Below, one piece after another: positions 27,023 to 37,677 of a DNA stretch of 64,000 bases. Origin of the DNA: Laetmonice hystrix (Eukaryota); assembly GCA_965235115.1 (NCBI GenBank), contig OZ249436.1:50408001-50472000 (forward strand), in the 5' to 3' direction. Made by a program: the position numbers and the translations under genes. Below the pieces are notes generated by a model that was given only the letters and a program-made list of their open reading frames with translations, was not told the DNA's origin and did no database searches. How positions within the stretch are numbered: the stretch's first letter is position 1; the number at the start of each line of letters is the position of its first letter.

Positions 27023-27223
27023 TCACCCTGGAGACACCCGACTCTTACAACAGCGGCCACAGCTCCGAATCACCCGCCAAAGGTCTCGGAATCCGTTTTG
27101 AAAGGCTGGGTTAAAGATCAGATAGAGAGCGACGTTATAGGTGGCGCTGAAGGTGGACAATACAATCTGCAATAGATGCCCTAAACTGCTTGCCTCCTCA
27201 CTTCCGTCCGTCCCACGAAACTT
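27023..27223 (-). CDS. Class A GPCR, coding exon 3 (ECL3, TM7, helix 8, C-tail)
   Basis: Acceptor TTCTCACCCGCAG|AAG in phase 0. It reads KFRGTDGSEE...STFSATYNVALYLIFNPAFQNGFRDLW...CGRCCKSRVSPG-stop, with a helix-8 F and Cys residues that could be palmitoylated. Confidence 0.88.
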   Translation of the reverse strand, partial: KFRGTDGSEEASSLGHLLQIVLSTFSATYNVALYLIFNPAFQNGFRDLWRVIRSCGRCCKSRVSPG

Positions 27224-27453
27224 CTGCGGGTGAGAATTACATACTTTTATATACATGTTTTACCCAAAAATCATTGTTAATACAATGTTACAAGGTTTTT
27301 TCTTTAAATGCCTATGTTTCTTAATCATACAGAGTAAAGGAGACGGATTTGTCATCATAGAACTTTGCGGAACAACTTTACCGACGATAGAAATACGGAA
27401 CGGTATGAGAAGAAACAACTACTTGACGTCTTACACTGGATTGCTGTACTTAC

Positions 27454-27989
27454 ACCTATCGTTTTTATTGTGAAATATGGACACCAGGAGGCGGAGAAGA
27501 GTACAGCCACTAGAAGAAGCATGATCAAAACTTTCTTCTTTCCTTTGGACACTGCAGAGGCCGGTGCCTGGCCTGACGTGCTGCTCCGAGAAGCCGTCTC
27601 AATGTTTCCCTTTCCCCAGACGAAGTAAACAACACGCGCATAACAGCTGTATATGATGACCTGAGGAACTACATATACAAACATTAAAACGACGATGGCG
27701 TTGGTAAGACTGAACGATCTTCTAGACGAGCCTGCTCCGCATCTCAGACCGGAAGTGTTCCCGATCACTTCTCGGTACTTCTCGTATTCCACGAGAGTCG
27801 GCACCGTGAGTGTGGTAGAAAGGGCCCAGATACATCCGCTGACTATGGTGACTGAACGTCTGGTAAACTGTAGGGCTTTGTTCATAACTATAGCCCTGTA
27901 CCTCTCCCCCGCCATGGCAACCATTGAAAATATGGAAGTAGCGATGCAGAAAACTGGGAGGCCGTTCACCAACTTGCAGAGAAAGTAAG
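27454..27989 (-). CDS. Class A GPCR, coding exon 2 (TM3-TM6)
   Basis: Acceptor TGTTTCAG|CT in phase 1 completes GCT with exon 1. It reads YFLCKLV...SIFSMVAMAGERYRAIV (ERY), IWALS..LTVP (TM4), an ECL2 Cys, YVVPQVIIYSCYARV (TM5) and VLFSASWCPYF (TM6). The donor is GGT|GTAAGT. Confidence 0.93.
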
Positions 27990-29137
27990 CTGAAACAGAA
28001 CACAAGACAAGGACGGCTGTTAATAAGGAAAATGTAAAAAAGGGAAACTTATCCCTTGATATCTTCAGAAAATCAAACTTTACCACAACATAACACTCAA
28101 ACAATCCTATGGCTAAGATCCTAATCTTACTGTATATCATAATGAGAAAAACCGTATGTCCGGTTGTCTCCGACAGACATTAATGAACATACAAAATCAA
28201 CTTGTGAAAATGAGCAATTATGCAAAAAGCAAGGTAATGGCAAGAACCATTATAGTTGTTTTCATTATCCAATTTCAAAGTAAGCAGAACAACATGTTTC
28301 GTCCATATATAGGTCTATCCTCATGTATTCTCCTATACCGTGCATGTTGTAATTATTTCGGTACGATAACCTGCGTCTGTGTGAATGATTGACAGGAAAT
28401 CACACACAGAAGACTCACATTCATCGATCGCGGTGATCTCATTACCAGTACCACCACACCCAGCTGCGGACAGTTCACTGACCCTCTGACCCGTACCCAC
28501 TGGCGCAAAAGGCTAGGCCTATAGGGGCCAGCTAATCAATTAGTATTAACTCGTACACCCAAAACCATCCCCCATAATGAATGCTGGCTCATTTTCAAAG
28601 AACCCTGCACATAGGCCTCTGATCTATAACAGTGCCTTCTCCCTGTATGTACCTTAAAGGAAAGGTGAGAAAGGATGATCAATATTGTGTCTGGAAAAAT
28701 GTAGAAAACTACTGAAGGATCGAGTGCTACATTAATAAATATATCACATTCCCATGTAAATTTTTGGAACCGTTCCTGGAATCCAAACCTGGCGAGACAC
28801 TAACTCAAACCTAATCTCAAAACAGATTAAGATAAGATATATTCTCTAAGAAGAACAGTGTTCAAATCGATATTTGTACTGGAGTAAGCAATGAGGTGAG
28901 AGGAAGCGTACATTATTTTCCACTACTGCCTTCTCCGGACCCCGCCCAACATCCTTTCCATGTTTGTGGTATTGCTGTTTCGTCCTACGTTTGGTTTCTG
29001 ATTACATCTAACACGGTTCTGTTTTATTATAAGAATCATGGACCAGGCATTGTTTGTACTTCCGCCTCTAAAAGCCATTTCTGCTCTTAGAGGGGAAGGG
29101 TGGCTTCAGGTTTCTCCTCCCACACTAAGGTAGAATA

Positions 29138-29654
29138 CAGGGTGTATCCCAGAAAAAGTAATCCGAGGTTAGGGAGTTATTACGCCAAGGTTATGTAGTT
29201 TGACAATACACATGTGGTTTACCAATTAAGATGAACTCCTCAGCATTCCATTGATACCTTTATTGGTTCATTGCTGTCGCACATAACCAAGTACATTGTT
29301 ATTGAAAATAGTAACTTAAAATTTTGCAAGTTTGGGCAATCAATACAAAGCAGGATAATCAGTGAAAATCAGTATGATAAATGGTCACCAAGGTCATCTG
29401 AGCTCACACCATGTGATTACTTCCCTTGAGGACATTTTAAGGACAAGGTATTTGCAACAGTGTTTGCAACAGTGTTCGCAGTGCAGGGCATGCTCCGTCG
29501 CTGTCAGCTTTGTGTCGAAAGGGAAGGTGGACATGTTGAAGGTGTGGGTGCATAAATGGACAAGGTTAAAAGAGATCCTTCTTGAATAATGTCCATTCAT
29601 TCCGGAAGAACATCTGGTTCATCATCGGATTTGCTATTTTTTTGATACACCCTG
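29138..29654 (+). mobile_element. Internally deleted Tc1/mariner-superfamily element in GPCR intron 1, retaining transposase C-terminal fragments
   Basis: TA|CAGGGTGTATC ... GATACACCCTG|TA. From 29382 it reads WSPRSSELTPCDYFP*GHFKDKVF, a decayed WPPRSPDLTPCDFFLWGYLKDKV motif. From 29481 it reads VQGMLRRCQLCVEREGGHVEGVGA*. Confidence 0.9.
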
Positions 29655-30312
29655 TATAAGTTCCTGGTAGGGGACATCGGGGCGGTAGATCTAAACATCA
29701 ATTTGGCATTCTGAATTCACTTTTTGCTTCGGATGAGTCAAAACGTACGTATCCTATCATCAGGACACTATATCGGTATTTGACGACTTGATAACCACAC
29801 ACTGCAAGTGCTAGTGGTTGTCATGCAACGAACAGACTAAGGAGGACCGTTACATTGCCCCACCTCTGTCACATCTACATGTACCGAAAATGTGATGTAC
29901 AACAATTAATGCCATTCTCACCTAACGTCAGCGGTTTCGGGGATTCCTGGGTCACATTTATCTATTTTTCAGTCCCCATCGTTGAAGTGAAAATATGAGA
30001 AAGTTACAGATGCCGTAAAATGTAATTTAGCTACTTCATTAAGTGATATCCCTAAGTAGCTTTTTTATTACTGGAATTCATTTAACAACAATTCAAATAA
30101 CAATATGTCACTCTGATTCCTTTTTCATAGGTAGATAATGTAATGATATCTGTAATGATATAGTGATAGCAAGAAATGCTACATATCTCCGATTCGTATT
30201 TATCAATAAATAGGAATGAAACCATTTGTCACAAAAGTATGCCTACTCCTATTCCCATCAGATGTGAGTTCACCACCCACCTGTACGGCGTCAGGTATTG
30301 CATGTTACTCAC

Positions 30313-30535
30313 CTTCGAAGTATTCCTCAGTGTGACTAATGTCATGAAGATGTTGGGGCAGGACGACTGAAGCCAAGAGGAGGTCACTAATGGCAATGTT
30401 ACATATCAAGGCGTTGGTTATCGACCACATCTTCTTGTCTCTGCAGACGATAATGATCACACAAATGTTCCCGACAGTCGACACCAATAAACACGTGCCG
30501 ACCACGGCGATGAAGACGATTTGCCATACAAACAT
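30313..30535 (-). CDS. Class A (rhodopsin-like) peptide-receptor-type GPCR, coding exon 1 (TM1-TM2)
   Basis: MFVWQIVFIAVVGTCLLVSTVGNICVIIIVCRDKKMWSITNALICNIAISDLLLASVVLP contains the TM1 GN and TM2 NxAxxD motifs. The donor is GAAG|GTGAGT in phase 1. The spliced CDS is 223+536+201=960 nt, or 319 aa. Ligand family unknown. Confidence 0.92.
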
Positions 30536-30851
30536 GATGACAGTATAGAAAGATCCGCGTTTCAGTTAAAAATAATAAACAATCGTGCAGACTCTATGAG
30601 ACCTCGACAATGGAGCTGTCAGCGTCACAAGTGTTGTCCTTTCCTGACGTCAATGTTAGCAACTGATGATCAGCGATCATAAGGCCATTGGGAGACCAAC
30701 TACAACGCACGTCCAGCCAGGAGTCTGTCTCTGGATGTAGTGTCGCAGAACGCGCCGTTCCAAATCCTTTGTAGCGGTAGCGGTAACGGTAGCGGTGTAG
30801 AACAATCACAGTCGGGGACGGAGAGGCATGTACCGCGGCCAATCAAAAATA

Positions 30852-30985
30852 GAGGAAGAAGCAGAAGAAGAAGAAGAAGAAGAAGAAGAAGAAGAAGAAG
30901 ATAAAACATAAAGACAAAAGAATTAAGAAGCCAAAAGAAGAAGACAAAGAAGAAGACAAAGAAGAGGAACAAGACAAATGAAGAC
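30852..30985. repeat. (GAA)n microsatellite with a degenerate purine-rich tail
   Basis: Pure GAA from about 30863 to 30901, then GAAGAAGACAAA repeats. Confidence 0.9.
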
Positions 30986-32201
30986 AAATGGAGTCAAATA
31001 TTGATGCAGTTGTGTAAAAGAGAGTTCCGAGGGCGGAGGTAGTGCGCAAGGCTGCCTTTTTCATCCTCAACTCCCTAACCCCCTACTAATTAAGTTTGAT
31101 CTGAAAGGCAGCCTCTCACAGATCATGGTTCGGCTGCTGGCCGAAGGCTATATAATTAGTAACATCCAAACTATGTAGTCCTAGTACTGGTTATATGGGT
31201 ACATTATGATCAATACTCTTGGCCGGTACAATGGTCTTACATTACAGCCAAACATCCGGAATTACTCCCCAACTCGTTTGGAGATAAGAGTTTGTACAGG
31301 AGTGCTATGAGAACACGGCTCGGGGTGTCACGAAAAGATCATGAGTTTCACTTTGTATAGCAATGTTTCCAAAGGAAACCTTGAGTATACATCGACGTCA
31401 GATCCACAGGTGCACACGTTCTATGGCACACGTACCTGTACCCAAGTTTTGCCACCTCTGAGAGAACAGTGGCATGTAAACGGACTATGGTGCGGAGTGC
31501 AGTGGCATAGATGGAACTATTTGGAGGGGAGGGAGCAGGGTTCATTTGAAAGCTGAGTTGTAAGATTGATGGTAATTGTGGACGGCTGATGGAATATAGA
31601 AACATGAAAAGAAATGACGTCGGTTCGATATTAATTCCACTATCAAGAAGAAAGGAAAATGAAAGAGAGGAAGAAGAACAAGAAGAAGAGAAAACAAAAT
31701 AAAGGTGTCCAGTCAGTTGTCTATATTCTTCTATTACCACCACACCTGTGAAAGAAATGTCGTTTAATCTTTAAAATAATCTTGATTGCTTCGGAATATG
31801 GCTAGCCGGTTCATTTAACGATCATTACAGGCATAACGTCGCAATAATTTCTTTCGATTTGCTTTATATCAAGTCGATGAGACTTCACGGATTTGCATTG
31901 GGACACATTATTATTCAATAGTTGTGCCGCAATCCCTCTCGTCATTTCTTATTCATTTCTATAAACATCCCAGGTTTCTTTTGCAGGTGTGGTGGTAACT
32001 AGTCCGTTTACAGAAGAGCAAAGATCTATGCCATGATTAAACGAGTATAATTACATCCAATGTTGACAATTTTCCCACCTTTCCCCCAAACGCTTTCAAC
32101 CTCAAGCAGCAACGATATTATAGGTATAATACCTGACTTTTATAGCTGCCATGTTCATATCAGAAATTACATAGGTGAAGACCAAACGTCCAAAATCTCA
32201 C

Positions 32202-32390
32202 CCGTCTAGAAGGATCTCAGAAAGCCCGCTATTGTCATTGAGTCCCAACTGCAACAACTCTCGTAAATGCGCCCAGCACTCAAACACATCGCCGATAAAG
32301 ATTCTACCTTGAGATGTACTAATAATATCTCCTTCATGTTTCCTGCGTTTGTTAACTGAAGTTGTGGCAGTGCAGTCAGGTACGCCATGT
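32202..32390 (-). pseudogene. Exon-like remnant encoding an RIxIG..F..W..L...LG.....L...LLD motif, probably transposon-derived
   Basis: KRRKHEGDIISTSQGRIFIGDVFECWAHLRELLQLGLNDNSGLSEILLD ends at a GG|GTGAG donor. There is no in-frame ATG nearby. The link to transposon proteins is from recall. Confidence 0.45.
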
Positions 32391-32626
32391 GCGTGGCATG
32401 TTGCCTGTTCAACCGTTGTAACAATGTAAGGCGGACGATTGTCCAGTTCCTTGTTAAATAAGTTCAAATGATATCGTTCGGGTCGGACAGAACCAGCGTG
32501 CAATCACGTGACAACACTTTCCAGGTATGAGTTTCTGATAATGGCGGTTTCGGAGAACAGCTTAGACACACGATGGTAGTGAACTGACTTATTTATGATA
32601 TTATAGATGTATTCTCCTAACTTTAA

Positions 32627-33229
32627 AGGGAGTAGGCCTATATCATCCGCCGAATCTTCAGATTTATGCTCACCTACTCACCACTGACGTAGGCCTACTT
32701 TATAGCACTGAATGTTTTTCTTATTGATTCTTTTAACACCTCCTATTTACAGTAATTTCTTGTGATATGATTTACAGTAACTCCCGACAATTACAGTAAC
32801 TTATTGGCAACTCCAGCTGCCAGTAAGTTACTGTAAATTTTACAATAAATTTTTTACAGTGTATGAGTAGACAGCTTTGATGGTGAAAAAATTACAAATA
32901 ATAGCTGGAGTGCACGCCAAGAGGATGACTGCAGCCATTTGCAATCGTTTGAACGTTGTGTTGAACAGTTTGAACAGTCCACAGCGAATGTAGTTCCAGA
33001 ATTCGTGAAAAGAAATAGCCGTGATTTTCCCGAGAATAATGCTGACAATATTCGAAATCTATTTTCGCTAGTAGGCCTACAAGTCGAACATGTATATTGC
33101 GAATACTGATGGAAGGGCTTCTAATTCATAGACCATAATTTGCATAGCCGTGTGCGTAGGAATATAAAAAACGACTCCCAGGCTCATGGAAGTCGCGTAT
33201 TACTTGAAATTCGTGCGATGTTATATATT
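32627..33229. mobile_element. Diverged Kolobok-like MITE (family of 49472-49939) with a nested CACTGTAAAA-ended fragment at about 32746-32861
   Basis: Starts TTAA|AGG. It shares CTCACCACTGACGTA, ATTGATTCT.TTAACAC, GAGTAGACAGCT, AATCGTTTGAACG and TTGAAATTCGTG with the 49.5-kb copy. The nested piece has TTACAGTAA repeats and ends TTTTTACAGTG. Confidence 0.75.
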
Positions 33230-34008
33230 TAAAGCTACTAAAGGTCGGTGCAAGTGATAATGTGACAATGATTGTCCTGGATTTTTTAAGCTCTCCCCTC
33301 GGCACAGGTGTCATCTGTGTATGGAACCTTCCCGAGGCAGGCAAAATTTCAGCCATGTCTCATATCAACACCTGCTCGCCTGGCAACTATTCAAAGGCTG
33401 AACAGGTAGACCCTAAAATGTGATAAAAGACCGTATAAAGACCAACTGATGCATGCAGTATCTGCATATCTTTCAAGAAGGATTAAACTTTATGAAGATG
33501 CACATGTTTTCCCGACCTGTAGACAAATAGTCCTATAGTCATAGACAAGAACGTAGAAGTAGGCCTACATATCTCATTAATTCTACCAGGTCCAGAGATC
33601 TAAGCCCCTAATGATTTCCTCGAATTTTGGTGCTATTATATATAGCCTGATATAGCCTACCTGTGCGGCAAGGCTTGTTTAATCTTAAAATGATTTCTCA
33701 GTATCTTACGCAGGCCTATACTGCAGGGCTTGTTATAGCGTGTTATATCGCCATCTGGCGGCAAACACGTAAAGAAGGGAATATTAATTTAATCTTCCCA
33801 CAGGTAGATTCTAAATTGCAGAATAATAAAGCCCCCCCCCCACTATATTTTAGCCTTAATTCGTCAAAATTAAGTAATTAGTACTAGGACTAGGCTACTG
33901 TGGTGGGAAAGAGTTGGTTTCCAGGGGGCGGGGGGGGGGGGGTTGATATCAGGCAGCGTTCAGCCGATCTATTCCCTTTCTGATTCCACCACTGAATGAC
34001 TTCCGATG

Positions 34009-34181
34009 CAGACGCGGATCGGGGGGGGGGGGTCCAGAAGATGCGAGCCGCCGGGGGATGGGGCAATGGTCTAGGGCCCTTCCCCGATAACATTACAAAA
34101 ACCTAAGTTGGTCCCGAGCAGCGGGGGGGGGGGGAGGTCCGGACCCCCTGGACCCCCCCCCCCCCTCTGGATCCGCGCCTG
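34009..34181. mobile_element. G/C-run MITE with CAG(A/G)CGCGGATC TIRs (hAT-like ends, no TSD found)
   Basis: CAGACGCGGATC at 34009 and GATCCGCGCCTG ending at 34181. Confidence 0.7.
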
Positions 34182-34261
34182 CGCTGTAGACCTAATTGCC
34201 TGACTTGATGCCCTCCAACTGCGGCTCCTCTAATCAACATATTCCATTAAACAGCCATCCT

Positions 34262-34378
34262 GAAGGTCGGTGGTTTCCTCCGGGCACTCCGGTTTCCTCC
34301 ACCAAGAAAAACTGACTTTCATCATCATCTTCACCGCCGTGATATGACCCTGGCTGTTGCAAGGCGTAAAACCCCAAA
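34262..34378 (+). mobile_element. 5'-truncated SINE fragment with a V-domain-like core
   Basis: GTGGTTTCCTCCGGGCACTCCGGTTTCCTCCACCA resembles the V-SINE core as recalled. It is followed by a TATGACCCTGGCTGTTG...GGCGTAAAACCCC tail. No tRNA head is visible. Confidence 0.7.
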
Positions 34379-34415
34379 TACCCACCCACATGTACACGCG
34401 CATACTGTAGTTCAG

Positions 34416-34502
34416 TGAGCGGGTTCCCAGCTCACTCGCTAGGTGGCTCTGTAGTTCACGCGACTACAGGGCCACCTAGTGAGTGATCCGGAAACCAGCT
34501 TA
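34416..34502. repeat. Short palindromic element: 24-bp stem with a 7-nt loop and imperfect outer arms
   Basis: TCACTCGCTAGGTGGCTCTGTAGT (34432-34455) pairs with ACTACAGGGCCACCTAGTGAGTGA (34463-34486). Confidence 0.85.
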
Positions 34503-36335
34503 ATTCAGGAACACTGCTCATCTAGATAGTGTCTGCATTTCACGTCAGATGTCTCTCGAGGCGGTAACGTTGGGATGTCCTCAATCAACAAGCGACTCCA
34601 AACGAAGCCTAAGCAGTCCTACCCCACGAAAAGGTAAGGTAGATGGAAATTCTGGCCGGGTTCGGATGTAGGCCTACAGATGTCATTGATAGGCCCGCTA
34701 CAGGCCTAATCAAGGACCATACCCAAGGGTGTATAGCCAGTGGGTTTTCGCCCCCCCCCCGCCTAATTAATAGATCGGCCTAAATAAATAACTAAATTTA
34801 ATGAAATTTATGATTAGGTGAAACCTAGAGGTGATCAGCTAAAATTGCTTTGGCTGCTGGGGGCGTGGAGTGGCCCCCCCGGATCCCCGCCACATAGGGA
34901 TTCCTGCGGCGAGAAGAAGAAGAAGGTGGTTGGACCCCCCCCCCCCTCCCTGTAACTCAGTTCTGCCTGATAGTGACATAAATAAGATGACGTTCGAGAC
35001 TGCCGTGCCGAGTGTAAATGTTATAATCATGCCACTTATTTCATAATAGATTTTACAAATTGGCGAAAATACTGCTTGTAGTATGGTCTGGTATAGTCTG
35101 GTAATTATGCTCCATAGCACTGCCTACTTGCCTCATTGGATTTCGTGACTATTTTTTAAAAATATTCAAAAACCAGCAAATTTGGAATGACGCGCGTCTT
35201 TTTCTAGACCTGCAGCCCACCTACGCGATAGAGTTTTGGCCGGGCGACTTTACACCCTTTTCACAGAACGCGAGACTATAGCCGCAGGGTCTGGTGATCG
35301 AGACTATCATGTGATCATCTCACCCGTTGCAACGCTATGCCTGCAGGTCAGACATTCCCGATATGGCGGAAGGCAGCGTTGGTTTTGAGTGTTCTCGACT
35401 CGAAATGTGAAATGTGAAGGTGACAGTGCATTTCGCTGCTGTCTGTTTACAATACATATGTATATTAAACCTAGGAAGTATTCTCGGGACAGAAGGTGCC
35501 TAGATTTTGACGAGGTAAGCGTGAAACCAGGCTGAACTGGCTTCCCGGAACGCTCAACCAGGGTGCCATGATTCCTTTAAGACCCTAGCAAACAACCCAT
35601 TCTGTGCCGACTATGAATGATATCAGTGCAGCAGGAAAGACGATATTAGATTTTTCAATCTAATAGGCCGAGCCTATAACTCTTGTGCAGTTGTAGCTTG
35701 ATAATTACCAGTTCTTTGAAGCAGAGGAACAGACGTGATTTCCTTTGAAGATTGTTAAAGACCTTCATCATCTCGATTTAATGAGACTCGCGGAGTGTGA
35801 AGGCTGTCCCAGTGGCTACAACTTTCCATGTGTTATGTTGCGACCGGTTTTTGTCTGCCTTGTGATCAAAGTTTATGTAAATATTAGCTCTATCGACCCA
35901 TCCAATGTCATCACACAGAACCCATCAGTCTTGATCTACGATCTTTGATCACTTCGACATTTCACGCCTTGAACAACATAAGCCTAATCTATTGGGCCCA
36001 TTGCCTTCGGGAAAACTAGGCCCGGGCCCATATTACTAGGCCTATATCAAGGCCTAGTACATATCGCCGTATTCCGAGTGAAGCAAGTGAATGAGGTGAA
36101 ACACAGGAGCTATATGCGCACATGGACTCTATGGTAAGTAGTTTCTCCTTGTACGAGGGTAAGATGGGTGTTTATGGACGTGAAATAGACCTATATCGGG
36201 AAGGTACAGCCACACTCATTGGATGGGCAGCAGTCGACATAATGTTTGTATTCGTTGGAAGTGGCCTACAAGTTGGTCGACATTAGTGACTTCCGACCAT
36301 TGACATCCAAATTATTCCGTCTGACCAAAGAGCTT

Positions 36336-37023
36336 GAAAGCAAACTATTACTCAGAGAAACGAGACAGAGAAAGCAAACTATTACTCAGAAAAACGAGAC
36401 AGAGAAAGCCAACTATTACTCAGAGAAACGAGACAGAGAAAGCCAAATATTACTCAGAGAAACGAGACAGAGAAAGCCAACTATTACTGAGAGAAACGAG
36501 ACAGAGAAAGCCAACTATTACTGAGAGAAACGAGACAGAGAAAGCCACCTATTACTCAGAGAAACGAGACAGAGAAAGCCAACTATTACTCAGAGAAACG
36601 AGACAGAGAAAGCAAACTATTACTCAGAGAAACGAGACAGAGAAAGCCAACTATTACTCAGAGAAACGAGACAGAGAAAGCCAAATATTACTCAGAGAAA
36701 CGAGACAGAGAAAGCCAACTATTACTGAGAGAAACGAGACAGAGAAAGCCAACTATTACTGAGAGAAACGAGACAGAGAAAGCCAACTATTACTCAGAGA
36801 AACGAGACAGAGAAAGCCAACTATTACTCAGAGAAACGAGACAGAGAAAGCCAACTATTACTCAGAGATACGAGACAGAGAAAGCCAACTATTACTCAGA
36901 GAAACGAGACAGAGACAGCAAACTATTACTCAGAGAAACGAGACAGAGAAAGCCAACAATTACTCAGAGATACGAGACAGAGAAAGCCAACTATTACTCA
37001 GAGAAACGAGACAGAGAAAGCAA
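36336..37023. repeat. 34-bp minisatellite, about 20 copies
   Basis: Unit GAGACAGAGAAAGCCAACTATTACTCAGAGAAAC; period measured from 36361 to 36395. Confidence 0.97.
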
Positions 37024-37677
37024 AGATATGCCTCATACAGTGATCTCCAATCGTTGATAAGTTCCTCATGTTATATTTTCCATCAGACCAAAGAGGTTGA
37101 ATTGAGCCTGTTTGAAAAATGTTTATTATGAAATCCATTGCCTCCAAAACTATAGTGTTCTCTACTGTAAAACCCCCATCTAAGTCAATTAGATCCTTGA
37201 CCGTAAATTCCGCCTGTCAATTGCGCAAAAATGAAAAAAAGGTTCACCTAAAATGTTGATTCCGACATCATAAATTCTAGGGAGACGTATAGGTCTGTAC
37301 CTCATCCAACCAAATAATTTACCGGACACTAATGAAAATCATCAGTACAAAAAAGTTTTCGCCTATGGTTTATCATATATCTAGATTGTGTTATGATACA
37401 CAAAACATGCACTCGAAAACAATGGTCTTGGCCATTCATGATACTTTCTGACGCCCTGCCTCCTCAGTTACTATCCCCAACGAGACTAGTTGCTATCACA
37501 GAGCACAGGTAGAATATAGATAGTCATGTTCCATCTCAACCTGCCTAGTCATACCTGTCAATAACGGACGTGTCTATTCAGTTTAGCGACTCAGTCAGCT
37601 GATCTATAGCTGATGATCCGTCATCTATTCTGGCCAACTGTCTGCCCCAAACGTCCTAGAGTCTACTTCCTGACCGC

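Noticed and set aside
27990..28140. N-terminal 50 aa of the 261-aa ORF as part of the GPCR
   Set aside because: This is intron read-through. The acceptor at 27991-27990 joins exon 1 in the correct phase and restores the TM2-TM3 spacing.
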